A DNA stretch of 64,000 nucleotides from Cycas panzhihuaensis (Eukaryota > Plantae > Cycadophyta), in the NCBI GenBank assembly GCA_023213395.1, contig CM041465.1:159843741-159907740 (forward strand). Direction: 5' to 3'. Position numbers and translations under genes: made by a program. Positions 27,201 through 40,305 of the stretch are shown here, piece by piece. Every line of letters starts with the position of its first letter. Position 1 is the first letter of the stretch. The notes below the pieces were generated by a model. That model had not been told where the DNA came from, searched no databases, and was given only the letters and a program-made list of their open reading frames with translations.

Positions 27201-30200
27201 AATGGTAAGGCATTTCTAAAACCTCAATTTATGATGGTTTGAAGGTAGGGTAGGGGATGAACCTACTAAGTGTTTGAGTAGGGCTTCATCATTCTTAAAG
27301 CAACCCACACCATGAATGGTTTTACACATGGGAGGTGGAGGTAGGCTTGATTCTAGGGGAACTCATACTGGTCCATTGCTCACTCCATAAAATAAGGGGA
27401 CTCCTCATAAGAGTTTGAGTGGAGTTACAAAAAAGACCAATTTCCCATTATAGAGGAAGGAGTCCCTTGGGGGTAAGGGTCATACACGATTGACTCATCA
27501 TGGGAGAAGGTGGACTCAAAGTCATCATCTAAGTCATACACTTATAGGGGAAAGATTTACCTCATTGATTGGGGTTATGGGAGCTAGATGATTCCCCACA
27601 CATTAAATCATATTAATAGTTCAAAGTGGGAGGAGTGCGATCAAAGAAGGATTATGGCTTGAAGTGGGAGAATCATTAGCGACATGCTAAGGAACTCCTC
27701 CCTAAAAAGTGGCTTGGATAGGGAGAGGAGGAATATGCCTAGTCAGTAATGAACTCCTCCCTGAAAAGTGTCTTAGATAGGGAGAGGAGTATGCCCATTA
27801 GGTATGGAAGTTAGCAAGTCACCACTATGATGGTCTTCGTTAGGTCAATCTAGGTGTTTGTTATGTAGTAATCAAGAAGAACAGTGGGCTAAACAAGCTT
27901 ACACAAGGGGGATTCTCGATAAGAAGGATGTTAGAAAGAGCATGCTCATGGGTTATTATCCAAATTAGGTTGGAATTGACAAGGGCCTAAAGTACAAGGT
28001 TTTGGGCCAAAAGGAGGAGGGGCATCTCTATGAGATGCCTCTTCTTAGGTGGTGGTAAGAAAATCCACTTATTATGGGCGTGGCTCAGATCCCTTATTGT
28101 TTAACTTGGGGTCACTCAAAATGATGAGGTAACCATAGATACTAACCCCTATAGCAGCAAAGCATACTAAGTTTAGTTAAGAAAGAGAGGGATCTTTCCC
28201 TTAATACGGTTCTTCTTCATTGAAGGTAGCTATAAATGGGTCAAGGGGTTCTTTGTCCCCATCCATAGCATCAAATATAGCTTGGCATGCTGGGAGAGAG
28301 GTCTAAGAGGGAAGAGGCTCATGAGTTATAACTTGAACTTGTCCCTCATGGATAAACTTGAGTCATCCTTATAACGAGGAATATACCACTTCCATCTAGT
28401 CCAACCAAGGTTAACCCAAAAGGAGGTTATAGTCAATATCAATATCTAAGACAATGATATCAGTGAGAATGATCTTATCCTCGAGAGTGAGAGGCAGGGT
28501 CATTATCCTTAATGGTGCCTTATCACTCTTATTATACCCTTGGCATTTCTAAGGGATAGGATCAAAATCACGGATGCCTAAATTTTTGAGCATTTGAATG
28601 GTCATTGCATTCACTAAGGAACCATTGTCCATAATAGTCCTCTTCTAAGCAAACTCAAGTATTTTGATTGTAATAATAAAGGGTTAATACCAATGATATT
28701 ACCTCTCACCAGTATGTGGTAGATCATATGGGTTAAAAGAGATAAGGAGAGGGACATGAGATGTTTTATCCATGGCATATATGGGTGTGTCCTTTTGGCC
28801 AAGGGCCTCTAGGAGCAAAGCTCATTGATTAGGATATCTTTACAATACATTCATAATGGAAATTCCTATAAACATGCTATGGAGCTCCTCAATAATAGAG
28901 AAGTTCTTCCCCTTGCCTATGGGTTAGGGAAGGCATCATTGCAGGTTATATAATCTTGATTGGACTCGTATGATCTTTAAAACAATTAGGATCTCAGTGG
29001 GGGAGGTCTCAAAATAGGGTTGTTGAGATGTGGGGGCCTCCTTGCCTTCTTTTACTACTTGATAATAAGTCATGGTATAGACCTAAGTGTTCTCTAACAT
29101 GTGTATAACTCACTTGCCCTTAGAGTTAGGGAATAGGGATGAGTTTTGAGCCATAATGATCAAGGGAGAATAGGAATCAACTTAGGGTTTGCCCTTAGGT
29201 TGATTGGATAAAGGGGCAAGTGGGGTCCCTTTCCATTGAGGTTGGGGGAACCCTCTACCTCACCACTTTTAAGGTTATGGTGGTTATTCTAGGGCATCAT
29301 GGTTAGGGAAGGGATCTTGATGAATAAGTTGATCCAGATTTGGCTTGGATGTGGATTGGGAAAAGGGATCCCTTAGGGGGGTGAGCTTGGAATATTGTGC
29401 CTAACATTGAGTATTGTCATGGGCATATTGGCCATGAACCAAACACCACCTCTTCTCAAAAGAGGGTTTTAGCCTCTTCTCTTATGAAGGTTAAGGGCCT
29501 TCTTTTATTGATTATATAGTTTAGGTGGTTTGGTAGACTAGCCTATAATTATGGGATTGAGCATATGGCTTAGTGGGGGCTTGTCATAGTTATAGTCTTA
29601 AATCCTTAAGCGCTCATTTGAAGGAACAAATGATGGAGGTAAATGAACCCATAAACTTTTTGGGGGTACTAAAAGAGGACTTAGATGAAGGTTGTTACAC
29701 CCTTTGGTCATGTAGGGGAGGTAGCGCCTTACGACACTACATATTTCTATTATTTTTTTTAAGACTTGCTTAGATCTCAATAGATTCTAAAGTTAAGCAC
29801 TTAGATATGGTTGAATCACATGCCATTACTCCCATCTTGAGGACCTTAGCATAGACCTTGGGGTATAAAGCATTAATAAAAATGTTCCTATTTAGATATT
29901 CATGCAACATGGCCTTTAAGGAGTGAAGGAGGTCATGGAAATAGATGACAAAGTCTCTGTTGAGCTCATCATGTCCTTGTTTGAGGGAAAGAAGGGTATT
30001 AGCCCCACTCTTGAATAACCTTATAACACTAAAATAGTTGACAGAGGAGTTAAGTAATTATTGGAAGTAATGGATTGAATAGGATGGGAGAGGGTAAAAC
30101 CACTTAAGAGCATCTCCTTGGAGTGACCTAAGAAATAACTTCATTAGGATGTGGTCATCAACTTAATAGTCGATGCATTCCATGGAAAATATGCTAACAT

Positions 30201-31380
30201 ATTCTAGGGGGGTACTTAGACGAAGTGCCATCAAACTTGGGTACTTTTGGTGGGTGGGGAGGTAAGTTGATTCTTAAGGCATTTAAGGAAATGGGGCTCA
30301 ACCTATAATCCATGAAGGGGCATGTCTGAGGCTGAACTAAAGGATCAAAGGGAGGATATGAGGGTGATGGGTAACACACAGCTTTGGCATGGGATGGATA
30401 TAAAGAATATATGGGGTAGGAGGTGTATCCTTATTAATGGGGCATATAAGAAGGATTGGGATAAGGCATGCTTCCTAGTTAGTATGGAGGAGCCATACAT
30501 AGATAAGGATAAGTAGGATGTAGGGGTGGTAGAGAGTGTCTTAAACTACCTTGTGCTTAAGCATGATAATAGGAAGCAATATAACCTATTTCCCCTTAAG
30601 GAGTTGGAGTTAGGAAAGATGGAATGAGAGGTACCACAGGTGCCCCTTGATAGAGGTGAAAGGATGGGGTCTATTGAGAGTTATAAGGCATGGGATGTGG
30701 AACGAGGTTTTGCCCAAAGGGTTCCTTGATATGGAGAGCTACTCTATAGGGGTGGAGGGGATCCGCCCCATAAGTGGGGAGAGGGTGAGAACCCCCATGC
30801 CCCCATTGTTAGGATGGGTATCCTAGTGGGACATAGAGTGATGAGTCTACATGGTATGGTTGAGTGTAAATATGTGGTCCTCCTTGATATCTTGTGTATC
30901 AAGGATGGGGAGGAATAGATAGAATAATAGGAGGGACTAAGACTACACTTAGTTAAGGGATTATAGTTTTCAATGCAAGGGGGAGGGGGAGAGGTGTTTA
31001 CCATAGCTTAAGAATAAGTTAGGGTTAGTGTGGACCCTCCCCAAAGTGAGATTCTCATAGCAATAGATGTGATGGATGCATCTTGGGGGAGGGTAGTAGT
31101 GCTTTGAGTGGAAATGGAGGGAGGGATTGGGATAGAGGTCATAATAGAGCTAAATAATAATAGTTGGGCCCACCTGGGGGGCTCTCCTACTACTGATTCA
31201 AAATGGGCCCATAGAGCCTCCTTAGTATCTCATGGTGGGGTGAGTTTGATTAGAAGAGGGGGCATACCCCTCTTACTGACCTAGGGGAGGGGGGAAAGGA
31301 AGAGAAGCCTATTTAGGATTGTGAACCTCTAATTATATGGGTGTGTGTGGTAATTGAGATCTAATAGGACCCGTTAGCTT
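24288..31380 (-). pseudogene. Gag-PR-RT-RH-INT of element C, with a long Pro-rich N-terminal region and no aRH visible
   Basis: PPKVPKFDG at about 30250, IMDNG at about 28630, FMDDL..LNPLKC at 26249-26446, and IIFQHIICRF..IIDN at 24852-25076. Stop TGA at 24288. Confidence 0.85.
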
Positions 31381-31757
31381 CATGTGGATAATGAGTCATG
31401 TCACTACCTATGTGGGCGAGATCCTCATAAGGAAAGGGTGCCTTGGATTGAGGCTAATCTTGGGAATATAGACCATATACCCAATCAATGTGATGACCCA
31501 CCATAGGTGACTCTTGGTCACTTAACAAGAGAGAGATGTATGAGCGATCTATATCTAAGGGTTGAAGGCCTCGTAGGTGATGAGAAAAACATTTTATTTA
31601 AAGTTTAACCAACTAGATTGTATGGGAAATATAAATGGAAGGATCATTGTGGGATAGGAATCATATACCCTAACTAAGTGGGAACAATATAAAGAGGTGG
31701 GAAGACCTAAATATACTAAAAGTCTTCTAACTAGCAAGCACCCAATATGGTCACTAG

Positions 31758-34217
31758 TGAAATGTGATGGGGTTAGCGAGGTAGTTCCATAGCTTCTCAC
31801 CAATACAGAATATCTAGAATAGAGAGACAAAATGCTTAGGAGAGTGAACTAATTGACCCTAATTAGGCCATCCATGTACCTCTTGGGCATGAGTGTAGGG
31901 AAACACCATGGGTTAGATGATGAAATAAGGGCTAAACTAAGGGCAGTCACAAGGGTACGTGAATGTTGAAGGACTTGTTATTTTAGTTTCATAGGTCCTA
32001 TGGTAAACTATGGGAAAGAAACACACACCTATATGTGGCTATATGGTTTTTTCTTTTATGGAAGCAATAAACTAACCTTAGCTAAAGGCATAGTGTTGTC
32101 TAATAGGTTCAAGGACTCACAACCATGTGATGCCTTCTCTCATTTGGGCTTATGACTAATAGTGAAATAAGGACCAATGCACATATGTTTAATGTAATGC
32201 AGTGCAATGCAAATAAAAAAAGAAGGAAAGAAAATGATTTTGTCCTTTTTTTGAAGGGGGAATTTTCTCTTATATTTGCTTTTCTAGGAGTTTTTTATTT
32301 TTGACTAAGAGAGGGAAAAGAGTAAATAAATTTCCTTTAGGAAACCAAAACCAATTTCTTTTTTTCCTTTCCTTCTTCCTACTCTTTCTTTTCTTTGAGA
32401 TCATTTTCTTTTTAAAGAAGAAAAAAGGAGAGATAAAGGGAGCTTAGGAAAAAATAGAATATTCCTAAGTTCTTTTTCCTTCATTTTTTAGATTATCTCT
32501 AAAACATCTTTCCTTTCTCATTTTTTTTCTCTCTTTTTTTAATTAAAAAAGAAAATAAGCTAAAAAGAGGGGAAAGATAGCATACCCAATAGATGTGGAG
32601 TTTATCTATTGAGCAACATCTTTCTTTAACTTGTGGTGGATGGCACTAAGAATATGATTTTAATGGAAAAGTGTTATAATGCAAGTCTAAAGAAAATCTA
32701 GTGGCATTTTTACTTATCAAATAGACCTATGATGTAGGAAAGAATGTAATAAAAGATCCAAAACTTAGAAAATATACTCTAAGCTTAACAACCAATGTAT
32801 CCTTTTTAGGAGCCATTGATAAGGGGGACTATTGTGAGAGAGCCCAAGCTCCTAAACAACAATGGAGAAGAGCCTTGGCCTCTTTCCTTCCTACAACAAA
32901 GTTAGTTTGTTTAAAAGACAATTGCTAATTAAGAATATAGAAAAATAGGCATAATATCTTAAGCATATGATGTAATCAAAGATCAAGTTAAAGATATATT
33001 TGAAATAGTAAATAAAAGATGATGGGAGGGAGCCCCAAAATGGCCCAAGCATCCTCCATATGTAGTGAACTCCCTAGGTGGTATTTGGGTGTCACCTCCC
33101 TTTGTAACTTCCTCTTTTTAATCTATGGAGGAAATAAGTATAAGATAGCCTAATAAGAAGGATGTGATGCAAAGGAATTGTTAAGAAACATATGTGAAGT
33201 AAAATGAAGCAATACAAAATGAAAATGAGCAATAAAGCCTCATGGAAATCTTACCTCAAAGTAAAATAAGGAGAATTACCTCTTCTTTAAATGATGGAGA
33301 TGGCTAATAACTACTAAACTCTCCTCCATGGCTCACTCTTACTATTGTAGGCATGTAATCTGAGGGATATAGTCACAAAGATGGCATGTAGATTGAGGTT
33401 GCCTAATTCTCATGAAATTTTGATAGCATAATAGTATAGTATATGACTCAACTTAATCTCCCCCTTCCCAATAGAAAATTTGGGAGATTTATAGGTGAGG
33501 GTAAGGCTTGGTAAAGTGGTTTTCAACCCATAATATGGGAAAAAACCATGGAATAAATCCATGAGTCTTGCTCATGGATTTGGACTAAAACCACAAAGAG
33601 ATCTTCAAATTTGGGTGAGATTGGGATTCTTGGGCCACCTAAACTTGACATGAGCTAACTTGGGGCTGACATGGGCTACCCAAAGCTATAAAATAAGCAT
33701 CTATGAGCTAACTATCACTGATAAACCTGAATCCAATTAGGTGATAATCGTAGTATGAAGATATTTGTGGTACTATAAAATCATTTATGATACCACTATT
33801 GCAAATAAAATAGGTAGCTATTTGGTAATAGATCTATATTTTTAGCAAAAAACTCATAATAATTAGCCAAAAACTCATCAATATAAATGCTTAGGTGTAG
33901 ACATAGTCAAGACCAAATGCTAAACAATAAAAAATGATAGAACTGATAGATTAAAATAAGGAAAAGAGGATCTTGTAAAGGGGATCAACACTTGTTCATA
34001 CACAAGAAGCCCAGTGGGTGGACTAATGGCCATCAACTAGGGTCATACCCATCATCAACTAAAACATACATAGTTAATCAAGCAAAACATACAAGTAGAG
34101 ATACACATCCACTATCTAAGATCATGATATAATAAATCAATGGGGTGTAGAGAGTAATGAATCATGCCTATACTTGTTTGTTGAAGTGTCCATGTCATTC
34201 TCAAAAGTTGGGAAACA
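31758..34217 (-). repeat. 5' LTR of element C (about 2.46 kb)
   Basis: Bounded by the PBS on the left and ggaaaca plus TSD on the right. Shares blocks with the LTRs of D and E. Confidence 0.75.
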
Positions 34218-35215
34218 ATAATTGTAAATGTAGACTCGATAAACATCTTCTACAAGTCACTAGCATCACACCATTAGATCACACTTTATTTGGTTATTAG
34301 GTCATATTTCGTCTCTACCATTATAATAATCCACTCTAGTCTTCAAATGGTAATTCAATGCTCATTTAATTATAATTCAATTTATTCATTATCAATGGCG
34401 TTGGGTCAATTCAACATCCTTAGGCACTCAGATATTTATTAATAGACTCCATATTTTATCCATCAAATTTTGTTAGTGAAGAAAAAAAAACTAATGGATC
34501 TTATACTCTTTTGAGTCTCTTCAACCAGATGGTATTTTGTTGACTTCATTTAATTTCTTGAGAATAAAGAAACAAATATTTAAATATCCTTACAATAATA
34601 GATTATCATAGGAGAAATAATAGGTTCAAGGTAAGCCCTTAATATAGATCAAATAACTGTATATCTTTTATATTTATAGCTCCTAATAATTAAATTAATA
34701 TTGATTGCCTATTATGAGGGATAAATAAAATTTGTGAAATCTTTTCTTGACTCAACTTATTTTCCTTTGATCAACAATTAGTGGTGGCAAAGACAAAAGT
34801 CCAACCTACAAGTTTTCCTATTATTCGAGTCTCATTCTTCAAAGTAGTATAACTTGTTCATTCCTACTCATAGTTAGTCATATCTTAGTTTATACTAATT
34901 GTATCTCAGGTTGTACCTAGTTGATGAGAGAGTGCTAGAATGTCAATTCATCTATCTTTTCAATCTTATAAAATAGCAACAAGCTCTCAACAAAGACATA
35001 TTACTCATGCTAGTCCTTCTTTTGAAGATTTAAGGGATGAATTAAGACTACAAAATCTCAATGCCAAGAGCAATTTAAGCTCATTTCTCCCTATTAGTAA
35101 TAACAATAAGCTTAACAAATTTTGATAGATTTTTAAACAAACTTATAGAGTTCCACATATTATTAGCTACCAAATTGATCCATAACCAATAACAGTGACC
35201 TTCTCTAATACCAAA

Positions 35216-35597
35216 TGTGATATTATAAGATCGAATATGGAACTATGAGGCTACAAAAACATATTAAGCAACACTCCACAATATCACAATAAATTCATTT
35301 GAAAAAAAAGAGAGCATCAGGTAGAATTGGTCTACCTATGACCTTCAAATTTCATTCTTTTAGACTGACCTTTTTGTTCTATAATATATATATGATACAC
35401 CTCATATATAAAATTAGTTCAATAACAGTTCATAAAAAAAATTATAACTAAATGACGCTTATTATATCCCCATTTAGGACCTTGATGACTCCCATGACAC
35501 ATGCTACTCATCCATTTAGGACTTTAATAACTCTTAATGACTCACACATCACTTTGTCCTTATATCAATTCATCCTCATATGAACATTAATCTAATA
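35216..35597 (-). repeat. 5' LTR of copia B
   Basis: Collinear with 6899-7286, with the PBS adjacent. Confidence 0.9.
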
Positions 35598-37772
35598 ATG
35601 AGATGTGACTTGATAAATATTAAAACAAATTCTCTTCTAATGACAAAGTTTGACACTTTTAATATGAAATGGGTTCTCTAAAGCCTATAGAAGAGCCTAT
35701 GATATAATTTTTTATATTTTCTCTCCAATTTTAATTTTATTACATCAATAAAATAATCATAAAATGATTTAGAACCTTTAAAAAAAGATAAATATCCCTA
35801 AATATAATAAGACACTCATAAAAAAAGACTTATTTTAAATTCCTTCTAGACTTTGAGCTAAATTTTCTACATTAAAATAACTCTAAAATATTTCAAATAA
35901 CCTGTCATTATGAATGGGGATGAGTCAACTTCTTAGCACAACTTTTGAAATTGAACTTAAACTTCATATACTTAAGATATTGAGGAAAAAATATAGCCAA
36001 GTACTTATGAAAATGAAGGGTGCTAAAAAATAAGGGCTTAATCCCTTTTGTGTTAGAGATGTTGGTTATGTAATAGATCTTTATGACCAAGCGGCTTTTC
36101 TTAAAGGGGATTATAGGCTTCAAAGAAATCTAACAAAAACTAAACTTTGACTTCAAATTTTTCTTTAAGCTTTCCAAAATTAAAGTCTCATATTTTCCAA
36201 TTGAAATAACATATTAAAATATTTGTACAATGTAATATTTTTGCATTTACCATACAACCTAGGGTTTTGTTAGAACTTTTGTAAGTATGATATGTGTAGG
36301 GTTGAATGATTGACAATGGTGTTTTTTTGCCCATTTAGCCTACTATGTCATATTGATTGGAACAAGTCTTATCCTTTAAAGAAGAAATTGCCTCTATAAT
36401 CACCTATAAATAGGTGAGTGGTAATTTGGATCCCTCTAAGTCCAAGGCTTCTTACTCTTGGTAGGTGCATTAATAGGCAAATAGTTAATGACAACTTCTA
36501 CAAATGTCATCTCCTAAACTCCCTAGGTAGTCTCTTACATTTTTCTCACCCTTGCCTAGGTGTATATACTCTTCCCTATGGTTCCTTATTTGAACATCAT
36601 TGCTCCCCTTGTCTCAAGTATTTTTGCTTATCTTAGCTCTATAATAGACATAGTATCATCAAGCCTCACCTCACAACTCATATTCCCAAGAATATTTTTC
36701 TCTCACCAATTGTTATGCCCACCATGAATTATACAAGACCTCCAATAGAGCTTCCATGGAAGCTTTCTCATAGAGCTTCACTTTAGTTGATTAAGCCCTA
36801 CAACCTAAGTAGGATTTAAGTGCCTTGCATTAGCATTCAAATCCTTATGGAACTCTACTAATTCATCCCTCACATTCAACTCCACTTGGGATCTATGCTA
36901 TTTTTTTATGTAATCTTCTTACTCTCTTTTTCTTTTCTTTTTTCTTTTTTTAAATATATATCATACATAACTATGTCTTCTTACCCTTTTCTACAAGTAT
37001 ATATTATAGTTATATAGGCTTAAACATTTTGGATAGAACCATAATTTTTTCTTAAAAACTTTTATATTTATTTTTTAAAAAAGATATCCACTCATAACAA
37101 AATGAGGCATCTCAAACCTCTTTCTTATAGATTTTGCATGCCTGTATAATAAATGTTATATGAGAAAAGCATAAAATGCTTAAATAACTACTATAATATA
37201 CATTTTGGAAAGAAAGATATGGCTTCAAAAAGGCCACTACAAACCATATTTTTTATATCTTTTATCAAATTTAACTCTACTTTTTTGGCAATAGATTAGT
37301 TGTATATGTATGGTTATGAAGCCTATATTTGTGATTGATATGCTGCATTTTCTCCTTCACATAATAGGTATAGTATATACTTTTGTGACCTTAGATAAAA
37401 CACCTATATATAAAATTTTTATGGTACCATATACACTTAAAAAATGGTTACTAAAAAGCATTTTTAAGATATAAAAAATCTCTCCCTTATTCCATCAAAC
37501 TTCTCATTTTTATAGATTTAAATTAGCCCAAAAGTACTTTTAAAAGACAACAAAAGCAGCCTAAAAAATTCTTCATAAGTTTGTAAAATAATAAACTTCT
37601 AAATAACTTCAAGATTAGCCCTAAAATTAGCTTTTAAAACATGGACATTTTATAAGTCATAAAAGGAACTAAGATGTTCCAAAAAATACATCAAACTTAT
37701 GATAAAAAATGGCTACGAAAGATAGCAAAAAATAGGCTCTAAAGAGTTGTCACCCCAAGGATTTAACTATGG

Positions 37773-38180
37773 GCTCTAATACCAATATGTTGCATTTAGG
37801 CCTAGTCTAGCAATTCCATAATACTAGATGTGGTATTCACTTACATACCAAAATGTTAGGGATAAAATATAGAAGCTATAAACTATGAAAATAAACCAGA
37901 TAAGGACATATGATTGATAATAGAGGTGAGTAAAAGATGGATAAATAGACAATAATAAGCTGAAATATATATAAATATAAATAATAATAGATATATAGAA
38001 GAATTTCCATGTATATATTTATAGAATCCCTCATCTCATGTGAAGAAGCCCTTATTAATCTTTGTATATTGATATATTTCTTAAGTGGCATATATGTTAA
38101 TGTGACCACAATATAATATTCACTAAATATTAAGAGTGTGTAAAATGGGTTAGGGATAATATCTAATGTAATTGGATATT
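37773..38180 (-). mobile_element. Met PBS plus family-X LTR relic of a decayed element
   Basis: gctctaatacca at 37773-37784, TGTTG at 37788, and homology to 5941-6350. Confidence 0.6.
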
Positions 38181-38540
38181 AATGGGAATAAGAGAAAAGA
38201 GTTAATCATGCATTCATATACATGACACTATATTTAATGTAAGAAATTTATGAATGTGAAAAATCACCTCCAAATATATATGAGATCTCATATTAATGAA
38301 AGATAATTAATAATCCTCATGGTGAATCATCCTAGCCTTATAAGGAGGTCTATGTGATCAAATTTACTTTACTATATGCATTGCCCTTATATAATTATAT
38401 CACCTCGATATTAACCAATGATATTTCACTAATACATTAACCAATAAGATTATGTGTAAGAATATTTTTACATTAACCAATCATGCCATGACCATTAATT
38501 AAATATTACCTCAACTATTATGAAACTCAATATTCTAACA
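38181..38540 (-). repeat. LTR relic related to the copia A LTR
   Basis: Its last 100 bp match 2535-2638 (tttttacattaaccaatcatg...attacct...actattat) and it ends ctaaca. Confidence 0.6.
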
Positions 38541-39683
38541 ACTATTGCTAGGATGTCTAAAGTTGATACTTCATCCTTATTTTAAAATATAGAAAGTATT
38601 ATTGAAGAAGAGTGATGTTACTCTTATATATTTCCTACTAAATAGAAATGTATGTCAAATAATTATAGCCCTATAATGAAGTAAAATGGTGATCCATATA
38701 AGGCCAATATACATATTTGTGGATTTTCTACTTAAAATTTTAGACTTTTACTCCCATATTATATTAAAATATATTGGTTCTCTTTAAGAAGGGAAATTTG
38801 TGAAGGAGAAGGATCTACATTATCATGCAAAATTTTATCATGTATAATACCTATATAAAGTGTATTATCCTTATCCTCTTATACATATCCAGCCATAGAA
38901 GGAGCCCTAATGCTATCAAAAGATGTATGACTCTCATATTGGCCCTTAAGAGGACCTTCTTTTGATGTTGGTAGTAAAATGATGGCTTTAAAGTATTTAA
39001 GAATATAGATGAGGAGGGGGGATGGTTTCTTTTATTTCCTCTTATAAGGGAGTTTCTAAGTTATCAACATGTCTAATAGAATATATCCCTTCCTACTTGG
39101 TCTCTCCTTAAAGGTTTTCCTCTATAATCTATTAGTGAATGCACAAGGTAAAGCCATTTTAATTTTGTACATGGTACTTATAGAACTAAGTCCATACCCA
39201 TGTATAAATGTTATCTTCTAAATAATTATAGGCATCTATAATCCAATCACCTTCATTTTCTAGTGAGAATTATTTGAAGAATTTTATGAATGTTAGTATC
39301 TATCCTGCAATGCCAATAGAACCATTAATGATAACATAAGGAAGGACATTTATGATGGCTAGTATTTTGTTTTAAAATTATTATTATCTTTTTTAATATC
39401 TTATTTTCTTTTGACAAAAGAAAATAAGAATAATGGCTTTAAGAGTAATGACTTTCCAACCAATATCTAAACAACCTTAAAATTAAGCTTAATAATATGA
39501 AATTTTTATAGTAGAAGCCATTATAAGATTATAAGACTTCATCTCAAACTCTAAAATCTTGTTTAAAATAGTTCTAAAAGGGGTCAAATAATGGCCTGAA
39601 TTATATCCAAGAGAATATAGATTTTGATAATTTAGATAAAATTAAATTTTGATAGTTTAGATAAAATTAAATTATGAGAAAAT

Positions 39684-40305
39684 TATTAAGAAAACTAGGT
39701 CCTAATAACCAGAAATCACCACTAAGATCTAAACTATTTTGTAACTAGTTATAGGAATTGAAACTAAAATTTAACATATAAGTTATCAAATTAGAGATAA
39801 TATAATAAATAAATTAGAAAGCCAAAGCATCATATATACACCAGATATAACATAGTAAAACCCTAATAGTATGCTAGGGAAATATCCACACAAGAAAGGT
39901 ATCAATTTTTATTATCTAAGAATGAAGAAATATACATAATCTATAATAGAATACTCACAACAACAACAACCAACTATCTCTTCTCAATACAGTATATCTA
40001 ATACATTGAATACCATTAACATAATAAAGAAACACCCTAAATTGGGTTATATAAGAGAGTCATACAATACATAAATCTCAACCATAAAATCTAGGGTATT
40101 TTGAATGAATAACCCTAATTCTCTTTATAATTTAGTATGTTTTATAATACTAGATTTTTGGCTTGGGGGCTACCTCTCCTTGCACCCTTTGGTCAAGAGG
40201 GCCTCCTACCCCCTTGGATCCCCCCATGAAAGTTTAGGGAGGAAACCACGCTACTACCCTATCAAAATTTTTACCTCCAAAACATTATTGTTATATTATC
40301 TAATA
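39684..40305 (-). mobile_element. Solo LTR of the copia F family
   Basis: Collinear with 18664-19293 and flanked by the TSD AAAAT (39679-39683 and 40306-40310). Confidence 0.92.

Larger units (their letters stand above)
17606..34217 (-). mobile_element. Tat/Ogre-type Ty3/gypsy element C (decayed; 3' region and most of the 3' LTR deleted)
   Basis: 5' LTR at 31758-34217 ends gttgggaaaca (reverse complement of the TGTTTC start seen in D). Arg-type PBS cccaatatggtcacta at 31741-31756. Partial 3' LTR at 17606-18308 matches 31758-32480. TSD gtaac/ataat differs only by deamination-type changes. Confidence 0.8.
6899..35597 (-). mobile_element. Ty1/copia element B, full span with nested insertions
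   Basis: Paired LTRs at 6899-7286 and 35216-35597. PPT ctcctccttaa at 7287. PBS tctctaatacca at 35202-35213. TSD ttgag/atgag (one mismatch). Internal copia pol at 7300-10082, protease WYINSSAIIHM at 16836-17056, gag remnant at about 34420-35190. Confidence 0.85.

Noticed and set aside
32633-32648. gtggtggatggcacta as an alternative PBS for element C
   Set aside because: The Arg-type PBS at 31741-31756 matches the PBS of D and fits the LTR boundary and TSD, so this site lies inside the LTR.
38541-39600. Coding-like decayed sequence, possibly a transposase or pol relic
   Set aside because: No motif could be read with confidence.
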